In this document: positions 27,649-36,569 of the stretch, piece by piece | Position numbering within the stretch: the stretch's first letter is position 1 | Layout: the number at the start of each line of letters is the position of its first letter | Virus record (IMG/VR): IMGVR_UViG_3300036792_000218 | Span: 28,370-92,369 of that record | Source: a virus | Length of the DNA: 64,000 bases | Reading direction: 5' to 3' (one strand) | Notes under the pieces: generated by a model | Told to the model about the DNA's origin: nothing | The model's database searches: none | The model's input: only the letters and a program-made list of their open reading frames with translations | Made by a program: the position numbers and the translations under genes

Positions 27649-28028
27649 CAGAACGGGTCCTCGTCGTCCGGGTCGCCGGCGTCGTCCCCGGCCGCTTCGA
27701 GCTCGTACCGCCGCTGCTGTTCCTCCATGGCGACGCGTCGCGCGCGGGCCGCCTCCCACGCCGCGCGTACCGATTCCTCGGTGACCGGCCGCCTCGAGTA
27801 CAGGGCGGTGCCCGCGTACTCCTGCCACGCGTGCGGGTTGCCGCCCCAGATCTTTTCCGGCAGGTCGACGTGGAACGCGGCCTGCCCGGCCAGCGTGATC
27901 TCGGTGACGTAGCCGGTCAGCTCGACGTGACCGAGAAACGCGATGCGGAGCCACTGCCCCTCAGGCTGCTCTTCGACGGGCTCCACGCAGGTGCCGGCCG
28001 GCTCGCCCGCGAGCGGTTCGGTTGTCAT
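27648..28028 (-). CDS. Hypothetical phage protein
   Basis: W..I..LGH..L.GYV.E..LAG; acidic tail DEDPF. Confidence 0.6.
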   Translation of the reverse strand: MTTEPLAGEPAGTCVEPVEEQPEGQWLRIAFLGHVELTGYVTEITLAGQAAFHVDLPEKIWGGNPHAWQEYAGTALYSRRPVTEESVRAAWEAARARRVAMEEQQRRYELEAAGDDAGDPDDEDPF

Positions 28029-28207
28029 GACTGGCTGTCTCCCTTGAGTGCGGTCCTGATCCTGGCGGCGGCTTCGCGGAACGCCTCCGCGCGGGCCCTG
28101 GCGCAGGCCCTGGCCTTGCGGGTCACCGCCGGGTCGGCGCTGGCCGCGTGGATCGCCTTCGCCTCGGTGTCGAGGTCGACGGCAACCCAGAGAAGCGCGG
28201 CGGTCAC
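28025..28207 (-). CDS. Hypothetical protein
   Basis: Coupled ORF. Confidence 0.45.
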   Translation of the reverse strand: MTAALLWVAVDLDTEAKAIHAASADPAVTRKARACARARAEAFREAAARIRTALKGDSQS

Positions 28208-28785
28208 CGGGTGCCGTCTAGGGCTGCCGGGTCCGGGGTGCCGAGCGCTTCGGCGAGCACCACGGCACCGGCGCCGGCGCGCAGCTCGTCCGCCTCGGCG
28301 GCGATCGCGCGGCCGAGGTCGGTCAGGTCCATCGCCTTCGCGATGAAGTCGCTGACCGCAGCGCCCACCGCCTCACCGGAGTCGTCGAGCGCCTTCGCGA
28401 CCTTTTCCATGCGGGCGGTCAATGGCCCTGGTGCGGGCTGCGGCTGGCATATCTGGTGGATCGCGGCCGTGATCAGCGCGTCCGCCTCCGCCTTGGCCGC
28501 GGGGTCGGCCGGCCCGGTTGTGGGGCTGACCGCGCTGTACGGCGTGAGCCCGGCCGCGATCAGCGCATGGTAGATGTCGCTGCGCCAGGCGCCGTTCCCG
28601 AGCGGTGAACCCACGTCGAACCCGGTACCGTCGAACCACACCCCGGACAGGACGGCGGCGAGGAACGCGCCGACGGTCGACGCGCCCGCGTAGACCTGGG
28701 GCATCGGGGCGGCGAGCGCGGCGCGGACCCGCTCGGGAGTCAGGAACGCGGTGCTCGGGTCTTCGGTGACGGCGGTCTCGGTCAA
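28204..28785 (-). CDS. Hypothetical protein
   Basis: T.GAFL...L..VW....F...P.GN..W..DIY.AL..AG pattern; coupled. Confidence 0.55.
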   Translation of the reverse strand: MTETAVTEDPSTAFLTPERVRAALAAPMPQVYAGASTVGAFLAAVLSGVWFDGTGFDVGSPLGNGAWRSDIYHALIAAGLTPYSAVSPTTGPADPAAKAEADALITAAIHQICQPQPAPGPLTARMEKVAKALDDSGEAVGAAVSDFIAKAMDLTDLGRAIAAEADELRAGAGAVVLAEALGTPDPAALDGTR

Positions 28786-29012
28786 CTGTCGACTCCTTCG
28801 GGTTGCAGGGTGGCTAGTTGCTGTTCAAGCTCGGTAACGCGGGCAGTGAGGGCCGCGTTCGCGTCACGCAGGGGCGCCAGCAGGGCGTCCTCGATCGCCC
28901 CGAACGTCTCCTTGTCTTCGGGCCTGATCTCTTCCCACGGCACCAGGCCGAGGCCGAGCCACGCCTTGCCGCTCAGCTCGTACAGGGTGCGGCCCTTCGC
29001 TGCGGCGGTCAC
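28782..29012 (-). CDS. Hypothetical protein
   Basis: Coupled ORF. Confidence 0.5.
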   Translation of the reverse strand: MTAAAKGRTLYELSGKAWLGLGLVPWEEIRPEDKETFGAIEDALLAPLRDANAALTARVTELEQQLATLQPEGVDS

Positions 29013-29383
29013 TGGTCCCGCTCCTCGATCGCGTCGCTGAGGGACGCGCCGATGGGGTCGCCGTCCCAGCCCTTCACGCCGAGCGCCTGGGCGCGCTCGA
29101 TCCGCCCGTCAAGCGCGGGGGACGCGATGGCGTCGTTCAGCAGCTCGGCGGCCAGCTCGCGGAGGTCGTCGCGCTGCTGCGTGACTTCGGCCAGGGTGCG
29201 CGACTGCGCCTCGCCGGGCAGTGGCAGCGGCGCGACGGCGGCCAGTTTGTCGCGGGCGAAGTCCACCCGGCGCTCAAGCTCGTTCCCGCTGTAACCCTCG
29301 GTGCCGAGCCATTCTTCGGACGCGAGCCGCCGTAGCGCGGCAGCGAGCCAGTCCCGCTCGGCCTGCACGCGGTCCGCGCTCAC
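29009..29383 (-). CDS. Hypothetical protein
   Basis: GTGA overlaps. Confidence 0.5.
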   Translation of the reverse strand: MSADRVQAERDWLAAALRRLASEEWLGTEGYSGNELERRVDFARDKLAAVAPLPLPGEAQSRTLAEVTQQRDDLRELAAELLNDAIASPALDGRIERAQALGVKGWDGDPIGASLSDAIEERDQ

Positions 29384-30306
29384 AGGTCGGCCTCGGTGCA
29401 CGCGGCGTACGGCTGCCCGTCGGGGTCGCGCACGTCGAGCGCCCCGGCGCGGTCGCGCCACTCCTGCTCGTCGGCGGTATCGGGGAACGACTGGAGCATG
29501 TCGCGGACAAGGCCGTTCAGCCCGTCAACGTTGCGGAGCATCGCGTTTTCCAGGTCGGTCGCCGGCCGCCCCGCTGGCGTCTCGCCCGCGCCGGAAACGA
29601 CCGTCAGCAGCGCGGCCGCGTTTTCCTCGGGTGAGCGCCTGAGCATTTCCTCGAACGGCATCATGCGCTCGGTCTGGCTCACGGTCATCGCGTGGTAGTC
29701 GATGGCGAGCTGGCGGATTCGCTCGCGCTCAGCGTCGCGGGCTGCCTGTACCGCGGCGGCCAGGTCGGGGCCGGGCTGCGGGCCGGCGGGCGCGAGCTGG
29801 TGCACGTGGGCGAGTTGCGCGACGATCAGGGCGGCGGTCCCGCTGGTCCATGACTCACGCAGCACCATCCCTCCCGCGCCGCCCCTGAGTAGCCGGTCGA
29901 CGTCCTCGACGAGACCGCGGAACACGGGAGACGCGTTCGAGCGCCCCGTCTCAGGGTCCGCTGTCCAGTCGGCCGCCTGTCCCTGCTGCGGCTCCTGCTC
30001 GGCCTCGTACGCCTCGCGGAACAGGTCGTCGGCAAGCCGGAAGAACTCGCCCCTGATGCCCTTGATGACCCACTGGCCGGTGTAGACGAGGGTCCAGGTC
30101 GAGTGGAGCTTGCCGAAGACGGTCGCGGTGGCCTCGGGGTCGTCGCAGTTCGCGCGGTCCTGCTCGTCGAGGACGTCGAAGTTCTCGCAGCCGGTCAGCT
30201 CGTAAACCTCGTCGAGGTTGTCGCCGGTCCAGCGGACCGCCTCGACGGTAACGGGCTTCATGCGGAAGCGCGCCGGCGGCCCCGGCGCCGGTGCCGGGCC
30301 GTTCAC
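29380..30306 (-). CDS. Multi-domain hypothetical protein with N-terminal PGDYG-like phage domain
   Basis: RFR.KPV.VEAVRWTG.N...G.WVIKG..GEF......F...YE. Confidence 0.6.
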   Translation of the reverse strand: MNGPAPAPGPPARFRMKPVTVEAVRWTGDNLDEVYELTGCENFDVLDEQDRANCDDPEATATVFGKLHSTWTLVYTGQWVIKGIRGEFFRLADDLFREAYEAEQEPQQGQAADWTADPETGRSNASPVFRGLVEDVDRLLRGGAGGMVLRESWTSGTAALIVAQLAHVHQLAPAGPQPGPDLAAAVQAARDAERERIRQLAIDYHAMTVSQTERMMPFEEMLRRSPEENAAALLTVVSGAGETPAGRPATDLENAMLRNVDGLNGLVRDMLQSFPDTADEQEWRDRAGALDVRDPDGQPYAACTEADL

Positions 30307-30752
30307 CGGGCGCCCATCAGGGCGGAGAGCGTCAGGACGGTGTCGGCGACGGCCCGCCAGCCGTCACGCGTGCGGTCGGTGGACAGCCCCCACCGGGCGT
30401 AGGCCTTGGCGGGGTCGGTGATGCCCTCGTCCGCGGCGAACGCTGCGATGGCGAGCCAGTCGCCGTCATGGGCCGGGCCGTGTGCGAGGGGGTAGAAGCC
30501 GGTGAGCGCTTCGCCGGGCGGCGGGGCGTCGCGGTTCCCGGTGAGCCACCCGTGCCACAGTTCCCTGCCGTTGTCGCCGGTGACGATCGCGTAGTCGTCG
30601 CAGGTGATGCCCGACCGCTCGGTTTCGGTGTAGTCGACGATGACGCCGGCGACGTCGCCGCGCTGGTCGATCGCCTCGCGGATCATCGGGTCCTGGTACT
30701 CGGTGTCGGCGTCGATCTGCGTCTTGCCGCGTGAGTAGACGGTGATCTTCAT
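30303..30752 (-). CDS. Hypothetical protein
   Basis: Adjacent to neighbours; GC3 bias. Confidence 0.55.
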   Translation of the reverse strand: MKITVYSRGKTQIDADTEYQDPMIREAIDQRGDVAGVIVDYTETERSGITCDDYAIVTGDNGRELWHGWLTGNRDAPPPGEALTGFYPLAHGPAHDGDWLAIAAFAADEGITDPAKAYARWGLSTDRTRDGWRAVADTVLTLSALMGAR

Positions 30753-31538
30753 TTAGTTCGCCTCCGTGGTTTCGGTCTCTGCCAGTTCCCGCTGCAGGCG
30801 GGACGCGCGGGTGAGGCTGGCCAGGATGCGGGCCCGGCCGAGGTAGTCGAGCCGGCCCATTTCCCGGCGGATCCTCGCCTCGACCGCGGCCTCGTAGGCG
30901 GCGGCGCGCAGTCCCGCGCCGACCAGGTGCTCCGCGTCACGGAGCGTCCCGACGGCGACCCCGACGCCGTCCTCCGGGCGGACCAGGCCGGACACGGCGA
31001 CCTTGCGGCTGGTGAGTGCCCTGGCGATGATCTCGGTGAGGTGGCCGATGTCCATCGCGGGCAGTTCGGCGGGCGGCTCGGTGTCGTGACCGGGGATCTC
31101 CGGGGCGTCGCGGAGTGCGCCGACGTCGTCGGTGCCGATCCAGTCGAGGCAGGCGGCTGCGACCCGGTCAGGGTGGGCCATGTGCCCGGATGCGGCCCGG
31201 CTGCCGTCTTCGGGGTGGACGGTGACCCAGCAGCCGCGCAGCGCGGCGGTGAGCGTCGCCGGGGACACGCCGGGGTGCGGGTCGTCCCACCCGCCGGGCT
31301 TGACGGGGCGGCGGACGGCGGTGAGCGCCGCGGCGTTCGGTGACATGCCGGTGCCCGCGTCGGTGACGGTGCCGTCGTCGTCGACGTGCAGGCCGCTGAC
31401 GTAGGCGATCAGGAATTCCGGGTGCCCTTCCTGCGGCAGGACGCGGTTCTCGGTGACGTACACGAGGCCGTGGTCGTAGAGCGCGACGTCGTCGGCCTGG
31501 ACGTCGGCCCACGGCAGGATCAGGGTTGTGGTTGTCAT
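30753..31538 (-). CDS. Hypothetical protein
   Basis: ATGA overlap; RBS GGGGGA. Confidence 0.55.
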   Translation of the reverse strand: MTTTTLILPWADVQADDVALYDHGLVYVTENRVLPQEGHPEFLIAYVSGLHVDDDGTVTDAGTGMSPNAAALTAVRRPVKPGGWDDPHPGVSPATLTAALRGCWVTVHPEDGSRAASGHMAHPDRVAAACLDWIGTDDVGALRDAPEIPGHDTEPPAELPAMDIGHLTEIIARALTSRKVAVSGLVRPEDGVGVAVGTLRDAEHLVGAGLRAAAYEAAVEARIRREMGRLDYLGRARILASLTRASRLQRELAETETTEAN

Positions 31539-31990
31539 TCGGTTCCCCCGTTGGTACTGGTTTCGGTTTCGGTTACATGCGCCTCCGCCTGGCCGGCGGA
31601 GGTGGTCGGGTGGGTGGCCGCGTACGCGGCCGCGAAGTTCCCCGCGATCCCCGCGGCGATCGCGGGCGGCGGGGCCGACGCGACTTTCGGCCGGCGCCGG
31701 CGGGTGAGCTCGCGCAGCTCGGCGAAGTCCCGGTGACCTTCCCTCGCGTGGGCGAGGCGCCACAGGGTCAGCTCGACCTCGTCGTAGGTGACGCCGGCGT
31801 TGCGGCAGCCGCCCAGGACGCCGAGCAGGACGACCGCGTCCCAGGGCTCACGGTCGGCGGGCGCGGCCGGGTCCGCTGCGGCGCGGGCAGCCGCCCACCT
31901 GGCGCGGGCAACAGCCCAGTCGTAGACGGCCCGCCACAGGGCACGGTCAAGCTCGTCGACGACGTCGGCGGGCGGCGGGGTTTCGGTCAT
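31535..31990 (-). CDS. Hypothetical protein
   Basis: Coupled ORF. Confidence 0.5.
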   Translation of the reverse strand: MTETPPPADVVDELDRALWRAVYDWAVARARWAAARAAADPAAPADREPWDAVVLLGVLGGCRNAGVTYDEVELTLWRLAHAREGHRDFAELRELTRRRRPKVASAPPPAIAAGIAGNFAAAYAATHPTTSAGQAEAHVTETETSTNGGTE

Positions 31991-32070
31991 GCCATCCCCA
32001 TGAACCAGCCGAGCGCGGCCATCACGATGACCGCGAGGGCGACGAGGGCCCACTGCCGGGCGGTGGTCAC
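31987..32070 (-). CDS. 27-aa single-TM microprotein (not in ORF track)
   Basis: MTTARQWALVALAVIVMAALGWFMGMA; GTGA/ATGA overlaps on both sides. Confidence 0.5.
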   Translation of the reverse strand: MTTARQWALVALAVIVMAALGWFMGMA

Positions 32071-32375
32071 CGGGTCACCGCCGGGCCCGCCGTCCCGCAC
32101 TCCTGGCAGGTGAAACCGCGGCCTGGTGCGTCGTGGCAGTTGGCGCACGTCTCCGGGCTCAGCATCACGGCCAGGGGCACCCAGTAGGCGGCGGCGATCC
32201 TCTCAGCGGTGCTGAGCGTGGTGTCCATGCCCTGCTCGATCCGGCACAGGGTCGAGGGGGCGAGCTGGGTACGGCTGGCCCCCTTGTTCAGGGTCCATTC
32301 CCGTTCCTGGCGGAGTTCCCTGGCGCGGCGGCCGAACGCGATGGTGACGGGTGTCGGGGGGTTGCGGACGGTCAC
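32067..32375 (-). CDS. XRE HTH protein with C-terminal Zn knuckle
   Basis: FGRRARELRQ..WTL...STLCRIEQG..IAAAYWVPL; CANC..CQEC. Confidence 0.75.
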   Translation of the reverse strand: MTVRNPPTPVTIAFGRRARELRQEREWTLNKGASRTQLAPSTLCRIEQGMDTTLSTAERIAAAYWVPLAVMLSPETCANCHDAPGRGFTCQECGTAGPAVTR

Positions 32376-32668
32376 GGTGCCTCACCTGTCCCGCCGGCCG
32401 GGGGCTTCGGCCGGGTGCGGGTCGCCAGGTAGTACAGGTCGGTAGCTGCCTGCTTCTGCTCGTCGGTCTGGGTGTAGACGACCTGGAGGCAGCCTTTGAG
32501 GGTCGGGTGGTCGGATACGCGGAGCATGTGAGCCCACCGGCGGCAGTCCGCGAGGTAGCGGAGCACGTGCGTTTTGAGGGCGGCGACGTCGACCACGGGC
32601 TCGACCCGCGTGCCGGTCTGCCACTCGTAGTTCATCCGGCCGCCGGTGCGGCGGAGGTCGCGGGTCAC
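32372..32668 (-). CDS. Hypothetical protein
   Basis: Coupled ORF (alternative start 32635). Confidence 0.45.
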   Translation of the reverse strand: MTRDLRRTGGRMNYEWQTGTRVEPVVDVAALKTHVLRYLADCRRWAHMLRVSDHPTLKGCLQVVYTQTDEQKQAATDLYYLATRTRPKPPAGGTGEAP

Positions 32669-32892
32669 CCGGTCACCTGCGTAGCGCCGGCGCCGTCGAT
32701 GAACTCGTTGAGGGCGTCGCGGAGCTTGACGGCCTGGTCGGTGTCGCGGGTCAGGCACGGGTGCCCGGGCGCGATCCACTTGGGCGTCTTCGTGGCGACC
32801 GGCTGCGTGACGATCGTCAGCAGGTCGCCGTCCTCGGTGGCGGTGACGCGGTGCCCCTGCGCGTCGATCAGGTCCGCGAGTACCCGGCTCAC
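32665..32892 (-). CDS. Hypothetical protein
   Basis: Coupled ORF. Confidence 0.5.
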   Translation of the reverse strand: MSRVLADLIDAQGHRVTATEDGDLLTIVTQPVATKTPKWIAPGHPCLTRDTDQAVKLRDALNEFIDGAGATQVTG

Positions 32893-33407
32893 TGGCCCGG
32901 CTCCCGCTTCCAGCCGCCGCGCAGGACCAGGCGGGCAACCTCACGGCACCTGTCGCACGGGTCCGGGACCACGCTCGTGTTGCACTGGGCACCGTGGATC
33001 GCAGCGGCCAGCCGGTCAACCTCGTCCTGGTCAGGCTCGACGGCGGCCTCCGCGTGCACGGCGATCGCGGCGGCCAGCAGCCAGGCGTCGCCCGGTTCGA
33101 TGCCCTGTTCTAGCTCGCGCTCGTCGGTGCAGACGCGTCCGTTCTCAAGCCACAGGTAGTAGCCCGCTACGGCGGTGTTGTGCTCGCTGGTGCCGATCGG
33201 CAGGTCCAGCGGCCGGGGCAGGATCAGCGGCGCGGGTAGCCCGGTGGCCTCGTACAGCGCTGCGGCGGCACCGGGCACGGCGGACTTCTCAAGCTCGACG
33301 CCTCGGGTACTGCCGTGGTCGTCGATCGTGAGCCATGCGGTGGTTCCCCGGCCGCGCGTGATCTTGAGGCGCCTGCCGGCGGTGTCGGGGTAATCGAAAG
33401 GCTCCAT
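32889..33407 (-). CDS. Hypothetical protein
   Basis: RBS GAGGA. Confidence 0.55.
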   Translation of the reverse strand: MEPFDYPDTAGRRLKITRGRGTTAWLTIDDHGSTRGVELEKSAVPGAAAALYEATGLPAPLILPRPLDLPIGTSEHNTAVAGYYLWLENGRVCTDERELEQGIEPGDAWLLAAAIAVHAEAAVEPDQDEVDRLAAAIHGAQCNTSVVPDPCDRCREVARLVLRGGWKREPGQ

Positions 33408-33512
33408 ATGGTCCTCGCTTTAATCGGGGCTTGGGGGCTGGTGTTCGTCCTCCCGCCGCGCCCCGGAAACAGGGGTGGTGCTTCCGGGTCACGGCCGCAG
33501 GACGGGCGGGGT

Positions 33513-34334
33513 TTAGTGCAGCGGGGCGGTGCCGGACAGGAGCCGCAGGTCGAGCGCGATCTCCCGGAAGCTGGACACGCCGGTCAGCGCGGCGTAGGTG
33601 AAGAACTCGTTCTTCCTGCTGATGTCCCCGAGGTGCTCGACGAACTCGTCGTGGGCGTCGCCGTAGCCGATCGCGGCGAACGCGACGACCCTGCGCTCAC
33701 TGCAGGTCAGCATGAACTCGTCGAACGCGCGCGGGTCGTTGAACCGGCCGTCGCCGGCGCCGAGGATCACCTGTGCCGGGCACTCGTCGTCGGGGAGGTA
33801 GTTCGGGCTCTTGGGGTTGCGGAACTCGTTGTCGAACGCGGTGCTGACCGCGACCAGCGCCGGGGCGACGAACGTCTGAAGGCCCCGGTACACCAGGCCC
33901 CTGTAGATCTCGACCTTCTCCAGGACGTTGAGGGTGTTCAGGTCGTGCAGGTCCCGCTCGTCGTCGGACTCGTCTTCCGGCACGCCGTCCTCGTCGAGAC
34001 CGAACTTGATCTCGCCGGGGTAGCAGAACGCGAAGCCGCGCACGCCGCCCCGTCCGGTGCCCTCTTCCTTCTTGGCCATCGCGTCGTCACCCTCGAACGC
34101 GGTGACGAACTCCGGCAGGGCACTGGCGACCAGCTCGACCTTCGTGATCGTCTCCTCGGGGTCGGCGTACTCCTGGTTGGACCCGGACGCGTCGAGGACC
34201 ACGCCCGGCTCCTTCTTGCGGTCGGTGTTGGGCAGCTCGAACCGCTCGCGCTCGGTGCGCTTGCCGGGGATGCCCGTGACGGGCTGCTCCAGGATTTCCC
34301 CGACCGTCATGCTGGCGATGCTTCTTCCTGACAT
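33513..34334 (-). CDS. vWA (von Willebrand A/MIDAS) domain protein
   Basis: VVLDASGSN (DxSxS), later T, ILGAGDG, AAIGYG. Confidence 0.7.
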   Translation of the reverse strand: MSGRSIASMTVGEILEQPVTGIPGKRTERERFELPNTDRKKEPGVVLDASGSNQEYADPEETITKVELVASALPEFVTAFEGDDAMAKKEEGTGRGGVRGFAFCYPGEIKFGLDEDGVPEDESDDERDLHDLNTLNVLEKVEIYRGLVYRGLQTFVAPALVAVSTAFDNEFRNPKSPNYLPDDECPAQVILGAGDGRFNDPRAFDEFMLTCSERRVVAFAAIGYGDAHDEFVEHLGDISRKNEFFTYAALTGVSSFREIALDLRLLSGTAPLH

Positions 34335-34395
34335 GGGCTGTTCCTTTCGTGGCCACGGGCGGCCCTTGTGCCGCCCGTGGGGCTTTGGGGGTTGC

Positions 34396-34719
34396 TCACC
34401 TGCGGCCCCGCGCGCGGAGCCTGGCGAGGAACGTGCTGTGCGGGACGACGTTCTCCGGGGCGGGCTGCCTGGCTTCCTTGGCCCGCTCGCGGCGTTCCTT
34501 CTCAAGCGGGCAGGTCGCCACGTGCGGCATCAGGCGGCGCTCGTAGCCGTACGGTTCCTCACCGTCCTTCAACTGGCGGCTGAGCCACGTGCCGGTCCCG
34601 TCGCGGTACACGGCCTGGTTACCGTCCGGGTCCGGCTTCGGGTTGAGCGCGATCGACCGGTTGTTGACCGTCCGCGCCCACAGGAGCCGCGCGCCGCAGT
34701 CGCAGTTGAAGCGCCTCAC
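34396..34719 (-). CDS. Zn-binding phage protein
   Basis: CDCGARLLWART...PDPDGN...PHVATCP. Confidence 0.6.
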   Translation of the reverse strand: MRRFNCDCGARLLWARTVNNRSIALNPKPDPDGNQAVYRDGTGTWLSRQLKDGEEPYGYERRLMPHVATCPLEKERRERAKEARQPAPENVVPHSTFLARLRARGRR

Positions 34720-35099
34720 GGGGTCGGCTCCCCGGCGTCGTCCGTGAGCGGGCGGCACGCTCCGGGGTGACCCCGGAAGAGGATGCAGCCGGGCACCCGG
34801 CAGTCAACAAGCCAGTCGACGCGGCGGCGCGGGCAATCCGGCTCGATGTCGGGGTCCTGGGGTGCCGGCCCGTTGATGTTCCAGCGGAGCCATGCCGTCG
34901 TGGTGGTGCCGTCGTCGTCAAGGCTGGCGATCCACGAGCCGCAGTCGGGGGAGTGGCCCGCCTCGAGCATGCAGGCGGCACCGGCGACGGACACCTTGAC
35001 GGGACCGCTCATGCCGTCCCCGTCGGCGGCGCTGCGAATGACTGCGGCTAGGTCGGTGTCGGTCAGGCTGGTTTCGACGTGGCAGGGGTTGAAGCTCAC
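34716..35099 (-). CDS. Cys/His-rich hypothetical protein
   Basis: CMLEAGH, CILFRGHPGAC. Confidence 0.55.
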   Translation of the reverse strand: MSFNPCHVETSLTDTDLAAVIRSAADGDGMSGPVKVSVAGAACMLEAGHSPDCGSWIASLDDDGTTTTAWLRWNINGPAPQDPDIEPDCPRRRVDWLVDCRVPGCILFRGHPGACRPLTDDAGEPTP

Positions 35100-36094
35100 G
35101 CGGTTCTCCTTCGAGTGTGGCGCTTGTCGACTTCCGTCCCCCGGCAGTGCCGGCAGAGGCGCGTTTCGGGGTCCTCGTCGTACTGGTGGCCTGCGTCCCG
35201 CTGCGCGGCGGGTGCTGCGCTGGCGCGGGCAGCGGCGGCGGCATCGGCCCACCACGGGCCGTCGTGCTCAAGTCGTCCGGGGTACTTCGTGCCTGGGTCT
35301 GCGGCCACGAGGCGCATCGCTGCGACGACGAGCGGCCACGGCCGGGCAGCGATGCCGGGGCGTTCGAGCACGCGGCGGACTGACCGGGCCGACCATTCGG
35401 GGCGCGCCCGGCCGACCTCGGCGGCGAGGGCAAGCAGTTCGGGGTTTCCCTGTGCCGGGAATTCCCTCCCTCCCTCCCCTGGGTTCGCGACGGCTGCGAG
35501 CAGCGGCGGCTGATAGGGGGCGGGGGGGGTAGGGGGGGTAGGGGGGTTGGTTTTAAGATCTTTAAAACCCAAAGACCCTGAACGCGCGCGCGAGGCGTCC
35601 GTGGAACCCGGACCCTTCACGACGTGAAACCCGGACCCTTCAGCGGCCAAGGGTCCGGAAACCCCGGACGCTTGAGTCGTGAAACCCGGACCCTTCAACG
35701 CTGTAGCGTCCGTGAAACCCGGACCCTTCGCGCCGGTTGTAGCGTCCGTGAAACCCGGACCCTTCACGGTGACAGGCGGAGCGTCTGGATACCCGGGCCG
35801 CTCCGGACCGCCTGGGGCAAACGGGGCGATCGCGTAAACCGCGTCAACCCCGTTACGTCCCCTCTCAACATGGACAAGCGCCGCCTTCTCGCACAGTGCC
35901 GACAGCACCTCGTACCGGGCTGACCTGCTCAGGCGAAGCCGGGCGACGATCTCCGGGGCGCTCTCGATGCCAGGTGGGCAGAGCCGCGTCGCGTCGCAGG
36001 CCTCGCGGGCCAGGACGAGCAGCGCGAACCGTTCCCGCCAGGTCAGGTCATCGGACGGGGTACCCATGCACTCGGTGACCAGCTCGAAGCCCAA
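35096..36094 (-). CDS. Phage replication initiator (lambda O-like architecture: N-terminal wHTH, internal iterons)
   Basis: LTWRERFALLVLA..wHTH; repeated KGPGFTDA encoded by iterons; PPTPP linker; C-terminal helical domain. Confidence 0.65.
   Translation of the reverse strand: MGFELVTECMGTPSDDLTWRERFALLVLAREACDATRLCPPGIESAPEIVARLRLSRSARYEVLSALCEKAALVHVERGRNGVDAVYAIAPFAPGGPERPGYPDAPPVTVKGPGFTDATTGAKGPGFTDATALKGPGFTTQASGVSGPLAAEGSGFHVVKGPGSTDASRARSGSLGFKDLKTNPPTPPTPPAPYQPPLLAAVANPGEGGREFPAQGNPELLALAAEVGRARPEWSARSVRRVLERPGIAARPWPLVVAAMRLVAADPGTKYPGRLEHDGPWWADAAAAARASAAPAAQRDAGHQYDEDPETRLCRHCRGTEVDKRHTRRRTA
35516..35765. repeat. Putative replication origin: five 19-bp iterons CGTG(A/G)AACCCGGACCCTTC, an AT-rich palindrome and a G-tract
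   Basis: Copies at 35600, 35623, 35678, 35711, 35747; inverted partial copy at 35649; GGTTTTAAGATCTTTAAAACC at 35549; G-runs 35516-35546. Confidence 0.75.
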
Positions 36095-36134
36095 CCTGTC
36101 CTCCCTCCGGTCCACCTGGATACCTCTGTGACTC

Positions 36135-36245
36135 AACGTCATGACGGTACAACATGATCTCACGTCATGTCTACTAGTCATGGCGACGTGTTAGGGTGAT
36201 AGCGACGCATGACTTGGCAACATGACTTCGGATCGCACATGATGG
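36135..36245. promoter_or_regulatory. Divergent intergenic region with about 8 CATGA/TCATG operator-like motifs
   Basis: CGTCATGACG, AACATGAT, CGTCATGT, AGTCATGG, GCATGACT, ACATGACT, ACATGAT. Confidence 0.6.
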
Positions 36246-36249
36246 GGGG

Positions 36250-36501
36250 ATGGACGTGATCGACGAGCTGAAGGAAGCGGTACGGACGGCGCGCGCGAGC
36301 CGCGAAACCGCCGACCGCGACCACGAGCACGTCAAGGAACTGATCGTCCGCGTCCGCCAGGAACGCGGAGACGACTACGGGCCCGCCGACATCGAGCGGG
36401 AGACCGACCGTTACTTCGACCGGGGGACGATCAGCCGCATGACCGTGCCCGAGCTCGGCGGCAAGCCGCCCCGGAAGAGGACGCGCAAGCGCCCTAGCTG
36501 A
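36250..36501 (+). CDS. Small HTH-like regulator divergent from rep
   Basis: GPADIERET..FDRGTISRM; basic tail. Confidence 0.55.
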   Translation: MDVIDELKEAVRTARASRETADRDHEHVKELIVRVRQERGDDYGPADIERETDRYFDRGTISRMTVPELGGKPPRKRTRKRPS

Positions 36502-36569
36502 CCCCGGACATGCCGCAGCGGCGGCGGGTAGCTGATGCTCCCGCCGCCGCCCGGCTAGTTCCCGCCTGC

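Noticed and set aside
35600-35765. CRISPR array
   Set aside because: Repeats are 19 bp with irregular 4-36 bp gaps that are partly similar to each other, inside a coding gene; they fit iterons.
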